A stretch of DNA of 64,000 bases from Schmidtea polychroa (Eukaryota): positions 72,478,001 through 72,542,000 of the forward strand of contig CM097887.1 in assembly GCA_044892525.1 (NCBI GenBank), written 5' to 3'. Made by a program: the position numbers and the translations under genes. The stretch's first letter is position 1. Each line of letters begins with the position of its first letter. Shown one piece after another: positions 53,969 to 62,779 of this stretch. The notes beneath the pieces were generated by a model. That model was not told the DNA's origin. It worked only from the letters and a program-made list of their open reading frames with translations, and ran no database searches.

Positions 53969-55870
53969 TCAAGTCGTTGTTATATCAGTTATTATTTGAT
54001 CGACTTGTTCCTCAGACTCTCTGATTTTTGCTTTCTTTGTTTTTAACTTTTTCTTGTTTGAACTATTAATGCGTTCCTCCGCCGTTAGAACTTGAATAAT
54101 ACTGAGGTAAGTTTCTCGAATGTTATTCATATTTTCCATCATATATAAAACACACACGGTTTCCCAATATTTTACTTGTACTCTATCGGTGAATTGAGAT
54201 ATGGATTTTTCAAAATTAGTGATTCGCTTTCTGATCAGGTGTTCGTCTTTATGGTTTGAGAACTTTACACCTCGCTGTAATAGTTGATTTGGGATTTCAA
54301 ATAGGTGATGTCCTCTCATTGCTTCTCTCATCAAGGTGTTTTCTCCTTTGGTAAATGTTTCGTTTATGTCTACCATATAATCGTTTTTGATCGGGTTTCT
54401 CCACGAAATTAGTACTCCAGTAATTGATATTAATTTCCCTTTGATAGCGGTTAATAGCCCGTCGTACATGTTTCCTATTTCTCTGTTATCCTCGTATGAC
54501 AATAGATCTACTAAGGTTATGAATGCTCCGGTGCTTTTTCCTTCGATTGCATGATGTAGTGCATTTTTCTGATCGTGATCTTGTGTGGTTATCTTTGATC
54601 CGGTTTCCAGCAACGCTATTATGATATCCTTAGTTTTATCTCGATTTGCTGCTATCATTAGTGGAGTGTAACCTTGGTTGTTTTCTTGATCTGTCGAAAT
54701 GTTACAATCGCGAAATGCTTCAATCGTTTCTAGTATTTGTTCATTATTACCAACCTTTAAAAGCTTGTGCAGTGGTGTATCTCCATAGTGGTCTGTGATT
54801 GTGAATAATATAGGCCATTGGCTTTTAACTACCCTGAGCAATGGGTGTATTCTTTCTCGATTTGCATAGTTTTCTATCATTGTTAGCAGACCTCCCAATA
54901 TCTCAAAATCTAATCTGTCTTTTGCCCATCCGGGTATTTTAGCCTTTACCTCTTTTATGATTTTCTCTGCCTCTGAGGGTTGTAATCCCAATCGATTGTT
55001 TGTTGGTTCATTTATCTGCTGTAACATATTTATTCTATACGTTTGTGATCTTGTTGTTAAGGTACGTCCTTCTGGCTGACTGGTGGCTGTTTTCGGTATT
55101 GGCTTACATCGTGCCACATTTACATATATTGGCCTTGTAAAGGGATTGTTTACCAATCGTACTCTTACGTTAGTTTCTCCGACGAATAAAATCTCATACG
55201 GTCCTTTGCCGTTTCGTTGCAATTTTTTGGTGGTTCCTGGAATTAATTCTGGTGTTTCGATCATCACCCAATCACCTGTTTGGAACGTATGTTGTTTGAC
55301 GTTTTTCTTCCTATCGTGTAGATCTTTGTAACTCTCTTGATAAAACTTTATATTTAATCCCGCAGTTTCCCAGATTTCTTGCATTCTTTCCTTGAACTTG
55401 GTTACATAATCGTCTATTTCCATATATTGAGATATGGGTGGCTGATACTCCAAGTCCATTGGCATATTACATTCTCTGCCGTACATCAACTTGAACGGAC
55501 TCATCTTTGTGGAAGCGTGAATTGACATTCTGTAAGCCATTAAACACAATTTTATATACTCATCCCAATCTCGTTGGTGACGGTCTACGTAATTTAATAA
55601 CATCTGAATGAGCGTTCCATTGAATCTTTCTGTCATACCATTTGTTTGTGGATGATATGGTGATGTTCTCAGTTTTGCAATCTTGAAGTAGTTGGTTACT
55701 TCGTTCATTATTTCACTCATGAAATTTGTTCCTTGATCGGTTAGTATTTGTTTTGGTGTTTCATACCTACAGCATATTTCCTCTACCAGTATTTTCGCGA
55801 TTGTTTTTGCTTTCTGGTCCGTCATAGCGAATGCTTCAGGGAATTTTGTTAAATAATCTGTGATCACCAA
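53969..55870 (-). CDS. Integrase core and GPY/F domain fused in frame to ankyrin repeats
   Basis: VITDYLTKF, ILTDQGTNF, NGMTERFNGTL, GKGPYEI; then YGDTPLHKLL, GYTPLMIAA, QKNALHHAI. Confidence 0.92.
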   Translation of the reverse strand: MVITDYLTKFPEAFAMTDQKAKTIAKILVEEICCRYETPKQILTDQGTNFMSEIMNEVTNYFKIAKLRTSPYHPQTNGMTERFNGTLIQMLLNYVDRHQRDWDEYIKLCLMAYRMSIHASTKMSPFKLMYGRECNMPMDLEYQPPISQYMEIDDYVTKFKERMQEIWETAGLNIKFYQESYKDLHDRKKNVKQHTFQTGDWVMIETPELIPGTTKKLQRNGKGPYEILFVGETNVRVRLVNNPFTRPIYVNVARCKPIPKTATSQPEGRTLTTRSQTYRINMLQQINEPTNNRLGLQPSEAEKIIKEVKAKIPGWAKDRLDFEILGGLLTMIENYANRERIHPLLRVVKSQWPILFTITDHYGDTPLHKLLKVGNNEQILETIEAFRDCNISTDQENNQGYTPLMIAANRDKTKDIIIALLETGSKITTQDHDQKNALHHAIEGKSTGAFITLVDLLSYEDNREIGNMYDGLLTAIKGKLISITGVLISWRNPIKNDYMVDINETFTKGENTLMREAMRGHHLFEIPNQLLQRGVKFSNHKDEHLIRKRITNFEKSISQFTDRVQVKYWETVCVLYMMENMNNIRETYLSIIQVLTAEERINSSNKKKLKTKKAKIRESEEQVDQIITDITTT

Positions 55871-58800
55871 TATATATATATATTCCCTCTATCGGATTCT
55901 GGTAGTGGACCGACTACGTCCATAGATATCATTGTCATTGGTTCGGCTGGTACTGGCATTGGCTTTAAAAGTGCTTTCCATTTTGTTCCCGTGTTTTTTC
56001 TGGTTGCGCAAGTTATACAATTTTTCACCCATTCCGTTACATCTTCGGTCAATGTGGGCCAAAAATACTTTTGTTTCATTCGGGCTAGCGTCTTCTTCGA
56101 TGACATATGTCCTCCGAGTCTTCCGTCATGGTATTGCGTTAGCAAATCTTTACGTCTATTTTCTGGAATGCACATCAGTCTTTTTTCTCCATCCATTATC
56201 AATAACCAGTCCTTTTCTAGTATATATCGATGTCGATGTTTATCCATGTGCTCTTTTAACTTTTGATCTTTCTCATATACTTCTGCTTTCCCTGTTTTCA
56301 CATATTCAATGATTTGCTTCAACTCTGTATCCTCTTGTTGGTCTTTCCGTAATTGGCAAAAATCTAAATCTTCCGCCACCATCAGACATATTCGTTGCAT
56401 TTCGTGATCTACTAAATCTGGAAAGATAAATCTTGACATGCAATCTGCATTGGCATTCGCTCTTCCCGCTTTGAATTTTATGAACGGTGAATATTCTTGT
56501 AACTGCATTGCCCATCGCATCAATCTGCTTGAAGCTTCTTTGTGCTGTCCGAGCCATACTAATGGTTGGTGATCTGTTGTGATACATATTTCGTGTCCCC
56601 ATAATAAATATCGAAAATGCTTAATCGCTTGTATTATTGCTAACGCTTCTCTTTCTGTTACTGAATAGTTTTTCTCATGCTTTTTAAACGTTCTGCTGTA
56701 ATAACCGATTACTCTCTCCTTTCCTTCTTCATCGAGTTGTCCCAGTATTGCTCCGGCTGCATATCCGCTTGCATCTGTTGCTAATAAAAATGGTTTCTTG
56801 AAATCTGGATGTACTAGTATTGGGGCTTCAATCAATTTATCTCGTAAGGTCTCAAATGCTTTTTGTTGTTCTGTACCCCAAATAAACGAAATGTCTTTTT
56901 TCACTAATTCTTGAATTGGTTTCGCAATGCCTGCGTAGTTTTTAATGAATTTCCGATAATATCCGCATAATCCAAGGAATTCTTGAACTTGGGTAACTGT
57001 CTTTGGTGGTGGACATGTTTTTATTTTCTCTATATTTCTGGGATCTGGTTCTTTACCTTTTGCTGACACTATGTGTCCTAAAAACGTAACTTTCTCTTTT
57101 GCCCAATCACACTTTGATGGTTTGAGTTTCAATTTCCATTGTCGTAATCGAACGAACACGTTTCTGATATCTTCCAAATGTTGTTCGAATGTTGCTGAAT
57201 ATATTAATAAATCATCAATGTATACCATACACTGCTTGATCCCGTGTGTGACGAAATTCATGCATCTCTGAAATGATGCGGGGGCATTGGTCAGTCCAAA
57301 CGGCATTTTCCTGAATTGATATAGGTCTCGACCCAATGTGAAGGCCGTTTTCTCTTTGTCTTCCTCTTTGACTTTGATCTGCCAATATCCGCTCTTTAGA
57401 TCTAAAGACGTAAAATATGCGGCCCCCTGTAGCATAAGTAACATCTCATTGATGTCTGGTAACGGGTATGTGTCTCTTTTCGTTACTGCATTTAGTTTCC
57501 GATAATCGATGCAAAATCTCTGGGTACCGTCTTTTTTCTTCACCATGACTACTGGAAATTGCCATGGTGAGCAACTTGGTTCGATCACTTTTGCATCCAA
57601 CATCTTTTGTACTTCTGCTTCCGCTATCTCTTTTTGTTTTTCCGCTAGTTTGTATGGGCGTAATGCAATCGGGGTTTCGTCTATTAGGGGTATTGCGTGT
57701 AACGTGACATCGCATACTGCCAAATCTAAATCCGAAATAGCGAATATATCTTTATATTCTATTAATAATTGTTGAAGTTTTCCCCTTTCATTCTCTGTTA
57801 GCAAGGTACTATCAATTATCCATAATTCGTCATCTGTGGTTGATTCGTTCGTGGCTTTTGGTAACTCGATATCCATCATGGGTGTTAATCTACCCAATCG
57901 TTCATTTTCATATATGATTTTATCTTCCTCCTCGAAATTCGTGATGTTGATTGGTATTTCTCCTTCTTCATTTATCGTTATTATTTCTCGTGCTAAGGGT
58001 AATTCTCGTCTTTTTTCAAAGGATTTACTTGGTTCAAAGATAGCTTCTCCTTCCATTCCAGTATCTACTTTTATTTGACATATCATCTGTGATTTTGCTG
58101 GTACAATTATTTTCTCCGGGCATCTGATTATTGCGTTCATCTTGCATATTCTACCCATTTTGTCTTTTAGACACATTGTTGTTAAGTCGATTACCACTTC
58201 TTTGAACAATTCCGGCATTAAATCTGTTCCGATTATACATGGTTCACTCAGTTTGGGTATTACTGCCAGATAGGTTTCGATTTCATTATCTTGATATCGT
58301 AACGTCGTCCACCATCTTCCTACTACGTCTACGGTTTCTTTACTGCATGCAATAATATGAATAGTTGTTTGTTCAATATCTTTCCAATATTTACTGGGTA
58401 TTTGGTTTATTGCTATTGCTGATACATTCGCTCCAGTATCTATCATTGCGCTCGTCTCTTTCCCGTTGATTTGGATCATGACTGTTACTGCTGCTCCTCC
58501 TGGTGAACTCATTACTGCTATTGTTCTGACGTCATCAGCTTGGTCTACGCTTTTCGTTCTTCGGGTCGGCATATAGTTCATACCTGGTTGACTTGGTAAT
58601 TGTGGATACATATTTTGTGTCATGGTCAAAGCTGCTTGCTGTCCAACGATATCTGGTGGTATATAGCTCCCGTTAGCTATCCAGGTATTTGTTTTTTCTT
58701 TCTCCCAAAATGGTGCTGTTTCTATTTGCCTTTCGTTCGGGTTTCTGCTTGGATACGGGTATTTGTCATTCCCGTTATCATCATCATCACTATCACTGCT

Positions 58801-59181
58801 GTTTGATCGATTTCTAAATCTGTCTAGAAATTTTGGTTTGTTCTTTTTCAGTTGCACCCTTGTTGCTTCCTCATACATTGTTTTCCGAAATCGTCTGCCG
58901 ACTTCCTCGTCAGTTCCTTTTATTTTTGTCAGTATTTTGATTAATCGTTTTATTCTGTGTATATCTTTAGAATGACCGTGCAACACCATTGTTTTCGCCA
59001 AAAATGGTAGGAAGCCTACTATCAATTTCCAATTTACTTTCTTTTCCCTCTTATAGATATCAAAACAAGCTAACATTTGAGTCAATATTACTCTGACAAT
59101 CTGAATAATTAAGATGATTCCCAATATTCCGGCCATCATTTGACCGAACACTAGAAACCTTCCCCACATTGCTTTCATCAT
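55864..59181 (-). CDS. Env TM anchor and tail, aspartic protease, RT, RNase H, integrase zinc finger
   Basis: TM FLVFGQMMAGILGIILIIQIVRVIL; MIDTGANVS; RFCIDYRKLN, LDLKSGYWQI, MPFGLTNAPASFQ, YIDDLL; LATDASGYAAGAILGQ; H...GGH...CITC; MDVVGPLP. A TA-dinucleotide expansion at about 55870-55882 shifts the frame into the integrase ORF. Confidence 0.96.
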   Translation of the reverse strand: MMKAMWGRFLVFGQMMAGILGIILIIQIVRVILTQMLACFDIYKREKKVNWKLIVGFLPFLAKTMVLHGHSKDIHRIKRLIKILTKIKGTDEEVGRRFRKTMYEEATRVQLKKNKPKFLDRFRNRSNSSDSDDDDNGNDKYPYPSRNPNERQIETAPFWEKEKTNTWIANGSYIPPDIVGQQAALTMTQNMYPQLPSQPGMNYMPTRRTKSVDQADDVRTIAVMSSPGGAAVTVMIQINGKETSAMIDTGANVSAIAINQIPSKYWKDIEQTTIHIIACSKETVDVVGRWWTTLRYQDNEIETYLAVIPKLSEPCIIGTDLMPELFKEVVIDLTTMCLKDKMGRICKMNAIIRCPEKIIVPAKSQMICQIKVDTGMEGEAIFEPSKSFEKRRELPLAREIITINEEGEIPINITNFEEEDKIIYENERLGRLTPMMDIELPKATNESTTDDELWIIDSTLLTENERGKLQQLLIEYKDIFAISDLDLAVCDVTLHAIPLIDETPIALRPYKLAEKQKEIAEAEVQKMLDAKVIEPSCSPWQFPVVMVKKKDGTQRFCIDYRKLNAVTKRDTYPLPDINEMLLMLQGAAYFTSLDLKSGYWQIKVKEEDKEKTAFTLGRDLYQFRKMPFGLTNAPASFQRCMNFVTHGIKQCMVYIDDLLIYSATFEQHLEDIRNVFVRLRQWKLKLKPSKCDWAKEKVTFLGHIVSAKGKEPDPRNIEKIKTCPPPKTVTQVQEFLGLCGYYRKFIKNYAGIAKPIQELVKKDISFIWGTEQQKAFETLRDKLIEAPILVHPDFKKPFLLATDASGYAAGAILGQLDEEGKERVIGYYSRTFKKHEKNYSVTEREALAIIQAIKHFRYLLWGHEICITTDHQPLVWLGQHKEASSRLMRWAMQLQEYSPFIKFKAGRANANADCMSRFIFPDLVDHEMQRICLMVAEDLDFCQLRKDQQEDTELKQIIEYVKTGKAEVYEKDQKLKEHMDKHRHRYILEKDWLLIMDGEKRLMCIPENRRKDLLTQYHDGRLGGHMSSKKTLARMKQKYFWPTLTEDVTEWVKNCITCATRKNTGTKWKALLKPMPVPAEPMTMISMDVVGPLPESDRGNIYIYW

Positions 59182-61589
59182 GTTTGACGTGGCTTGTTGA
59201 AAATGATCTGGTGATAATAATAATTCATAATTTTACCTGATTGAAAATTTGTTCCTCCGGTTATGGTAACCATATTTGATAAAATGGATTCTCGCCTTGC
59301 TGGGAATAGTACGTTTAGTCGTGCGGTTTCTAAATCCTCTGGTGAGTACATACCTGCTTTTGACACATCAATTGGTTTGAAATCTTGTTCGGTTGCGAGT
59401 TCTATTAATCCAAACTTTTTAGGTTCTTGTACTTCAGTTTTTACTGGTAACATTATCCATTTCCCATCGGGTTTTTCATAATATGGTCCGTATGCATTTG
59501 AACAGTTAAAGGTGTTCGGATAAAATCCAATTGGGTTCATTATCCTAGTGACGGGTTGGACAAATCTGTTCCGCCCTTTGTAACTGATTTCTAATTCGTT
59601 TGCACATTTCCCTGGCGGGATTGTGGGTTTTCTTGGCATTCGCGCAAACGTCTTAGTACATGCATATGTATACATCACCTCTCCTACCATTCTGCCAAAA
59701 TGTCCATCCGGTAACGGGAGTGATGGCATCGTGTTATCTGGGTGTGTTATTGCGATGGCTAATTTTGTTTTTAGTATCTCTTTATTCAATGAACAGTCAT
59801 TTTGTATGAGATCGTAATATACTTTTTGCATTGTCGTTTGTCCTCGATGAAATAAAAAGTCCATTTTGTTATTGGCATAAAGGTACAACTTCACATCCTC
59901 CGTTGATACTTTTCCTACTGCTCGGTCTATTACTTGTCTTGACATGTAAATGCCTGCGTAGTTCGTCCGATATACTATACTGTCACATTTGGTGGTCTCT
60001 TTTTCTCTGATGAATCTCATACCGATATCTGGATCATCTGTAATTAGTGCAGTTGGTGTTTTTTGTGTTGTGAGTCTTTTTTCTTTGGGGGATGGTGGAA
60101 CTGGTTTTCCATTTTGCATCCTTACGTTTCCATTTTCTTCATCGTCGTCTTCGTTTTCGTAAATTTCTCCTTTTACTTCGTTGAACAAAGCACTTTTTAA
60201 CAATTGGAGTCGGCATTTTTGGGTGTTAGCTTCATATATTATGGTCGAAATTCCCGTCCTACACACGTTTTCCGTAGCTCTGCATGCTGGGTTGGTTTTC
60301 ATTTGATAATTATTTGCGTCGAATTGCGCTTCGTATTCTTTCAACTCCACTGTGTAGGATTCGATTACTACTACCCCCGATATCACTTCTCCTCTGATCG
60401 TGTATGTGCCTCCGTTACATGATCCATCAGTTGATTTTACTCGTCCGGCTACATAGATGCTTTCAGTCTTGATCATTCCGCTTTGTCCGTGTATTGTTAC
60501 CCCGTCTCTGATTCTCATTGCTCCAGTTCTAAAAAGCTCTTTACAGTCTTCTCGTTGTATAGGTACTATTTCTTTATCTAATCCGGGTAATATGAGAGTT
60601 GAATACGAATATTGCCCACAGTAATATGCCAACACCTTCTTTGATACTACGCATTCTCTTGCTTGTGTTCTAATAAAATCTGATTCTTGGTATACATGAT
60701 AGGAGACTTTCTTTTTCACGACATCCAATTTATTCGGAGATGCTTGTCTACATTCCTCTATATCCCTCAAGGAATATTTTTCTCCAATTATCGAATTGTC
60801 GCAGTCGTAAATTGTAAACCCTAATGCTCCGCTTGTGCATAGCATCCATATCATCATGGTCATCATTAGTGAATTAATCGACGCTTTTCTACTGGCGGGA
60901 TCTTTCATTGGCAATTCCCATTCTATTTCGTTTAGTAATTTCTTCAACCTGATTTGCATTGATCTTTCTTGCTCGTTTTTTCGTGGTGCTTGTATAAGCC
61001 TTTTCCACCCGCCGGCGCGGATAATATGTGGTTCGATTGTATTTTCAATGATTGTCACCGTCATTTCAACGTGGTTTGCAAATTGTTTGTTAGGTATTTT
61101 TCTCGCTGCTAATCCCATCAAATTGTACATTAAATACGTTAGTACCACTAGATGATGTTCGTCGTCGTTCGTGTTTACGGTTAATTGTTCAATTACCTTC
61201 CTTGTCTCCTCCCAATCTGTTTTCGTGGTTTTCGTTTTTTCTTTGATTAATTTCGGAATTATTCCGGATATTGCATTCCATAGTTGTCTGGCGTCTACGC
61301 TTGCTACTTTTCGTTGCCATAACCGTCTCAATTGCGTGTTTGTTATTATTAACATATCCTTTACTAGTTCTCGTATCCATTTTTCGCCTCTTTCAATCGT
61401 TGGTTGGGCCTCTTTTAGGTCCCACACTATTTTATCCAATTTTTCCAATCTGATTTGTCCTTGCTCTTGTTTTAGTTGTTCTCTGGTTTTAAATTCGGGG
61501 TTTTCTCCTTGTTTCTTGGGTCTTCCTTTTGCCCGTTTTTCCATCGTTGTTCCAGCTTCTCTGGTCATTTCATAATTCGGGTTTCTCAT
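59178..61589 (-). CDS. Putative Bcl-2-like helical domain, signal peptide and gB/chuvirus-like (class III) fusion glycoprotein ectodomain
   Basis: BH2-like EPHIIRAGGWKRL; signal LMMTMMIWMLCTSGALG followed by FTIYDC; Cys-patterned ectodomain with GEVMYTYAC...CANELEISY...FVQPVTRI...C...W typical of chuvirus-like glycoproteins. One added A at 59231-59234 links it to the TM-PR-RT ORF. Confidence 0.8.
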   Translation of the reverse strand: MRNPNYEMTREAGTTMEKRAKGRPKKQGENPEFKTREQLKQEQGQIRLEKLDKIVWDLKEAQPTIERGEKWIRELVKDMLIITNTQLRRLWQRKVASVDARQLWNAISGIIPKLIKEKTKTTKTDWEETRKVIEQLTVNTNDDEHHLVVLTYLMYNLMGLAARKIPNKQFANHVEMTVTIIENTIEPHIIRAGGWKRLIQAPRKNEQERSMQIRLKKLLNEIEWELPMKDPASRKASINSLMMTMMIWMLCTSGALGFTIYDCDNSIIGEKYSLRDIEECRQASPNKLDVVKKKVSYHVYQESDFIRTQARECVVSKKVLAYYCGQYSYSTLILPGLDKEIVPIQREDCKELFRTGAMRIRDGVTIHGQSGMIKTESIYVAGRVKSTDGSCNGGTYTIRGEVISGVVVIESYTVELKEYEAQFDANNYQMKTNPACRATENVCRTGISTIIYEANTQKCRLQLLKSALFNEVKGEIYENEDDDEENGNVRMQNGKPVPPSPKEKRLTTQKTPTALITDDPDIGMRFIREKETTKCDSIVYRTNYAGIYMSRQVIDRAVGKVSTEDVKLYLYANNKMDFLFHRGQTTMQKVYYDLIQNDCSLNKEILKTKLAIAITHPDNTMPSLPLPDGHFGRMVGEVMYTYACTKTFARMPRKPTIPPGKCANELEISYKGRNRFVQPVTRIMNPIGFYPNTFNCSNAYGPYYEKPDGKWIMLPVKTEVQEPKKFGLIELATEQDFKPIDVSKAGMYSPEDLETARLNVLFPARRESILSNMVTITGGTNFQSGKIMNYYYHQIIFNKPRQT

Positions 61590-62595
61590 TATCTGTTCTT
61601 GGCAATGAGCTGTCGTTGTTTCTCAGCCATTCATTCCATTCGTCTATTATTTTGTCCGTTTGACCTTCTGGTGTTACTTTTGTTGGTCCTTTTTGTCGTT
61701 GGAATTGTTCGTCGGTTTCGGTTTCTGTTGTATTATCGATAATCTCCTCGATACTTAGCTTATTTGGCTGCTGATAGCTAGTTGACGGTTGGCTTGTTGT
61801 CCATATTTCCGCCCCTGTCGGCCATCTTACCAGAATTGGTGATCTTTCTCCAGCTCCTTCATCGCTGTCTTCTAATATGATTTCCTCGATTTCCTCAGTT
61901 TCATTCGATTTACTCGCCACTTTGTTAGGGCTTGGTGTACTCAAGCTACCTTTCGTGGGTTTACTGGATTTACTTTTCCTTTTGATTGGTTTTCCCAATG
62001 TTTCTGCCATTGTCAATACATTGATCTCCCCCAATCTCATGGGTGTTATTCCGACATCTGCATTATCATCTAACGATTTTCCGAATAGTTGTAGGTGAAA
62101 TGGAGTTTCGTATGCTAATTTCTTTTTTAACTCTCTGATCTTTGTTGTTGGATGTACTTCTGTATCCTCAATGCTTTTGTCGGGATACTTGACTCGGATA
62201 CGATACCTTTCCTGGGTATCTTGTGCCCACTCTTGGTTTCTCCATTTTCTAATAATTTGTTCTAGCTGTTCTGGGTACCATTCGTTATATTGTCGGTATT
62301 CCTCAATCGCTTTCGCCATTTCTCTTAGATTGTGGATATTCTCTGATGTCTTTAGGATGATGTTAGCCAATGCTACTACTTGTCGTTTTTGATTTTTTGC
62401 TCCCGTTGCTAAGATATCACCTAATTGTTTATATCTTTCCTTCTCTTCTCGTTCTCGAGCTTCCATCGCTTCCTCGCTGTCCATATCGGCATATTCGCGT
62501 TCTTTCTTTCTCATCGCATGAATATGTCTGGTTTCCGTTTCACTTTCGGACGTGACGTCCGTTTCGCTTTCCTCGTCGTCGTTCGTGTTCACCAA
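61570..62595 (-). CDS. Acidic repeat, helical region and ubiquitin-like domain (polyprotein segment)
   Basis: ESETDVTSESE; Ubl-like RYRIRVKYPDKSIEDTEVHPTTKIRELKKKL...LQLFGKSLDDNADV (about 62008-62208). Confidence 0.65.
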   Translation of the reverse strand: MVNTNDDEESETDVTSESETETRHIHAMRKKEREYADMDSEEAMEAREREEKERYKQLGDILATGAKNQKRQVVALANIILKTSENIHNLREMAKAIEEYRQYNEWYPEQLEQIIRKWRNQEWAQDTQERYRIRVKYPDKSIEDTEVHPTTKIRELKKKLAYETPFHLQLFGKSLDDNADVGITPMRLGEINVLTMAETLGKPIKRKSKSSKPTKGSLSTPSPNKVASKSNETEEIEEIILEDSDEGAGERSPILVRWPTGAEIWTTSQPSTSYQQPNKLSIEEIIDNTTETETDEQFQRQKGPTKVTPEGQTDKIIDEWNEWLRNNDSSLPRTDNEKPEL

Positions 62596-62779
62596 TGTCT
62601 GTTTCTACGAAAATTCCTTTCCTGACTTCCCACTCTTTATTTTCCGCATTCCACATCCTTTCCCAGGGAGTTCGTCTGCAAGATCTAGTACTCAGTTTCT
62701 TTATTTTCCCTTGTAGTTCCTTTTCGTTTAACCATTGTTGATGAATTTCAATTATTTCTACTGATTTTTGGTATAGCGT

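Noticed and set aside
61510-61540. AT-hook-like KRAKGRPKK
   Set aside because: Single imperfect motif in a basic linker; could equally be an NLS or chance.
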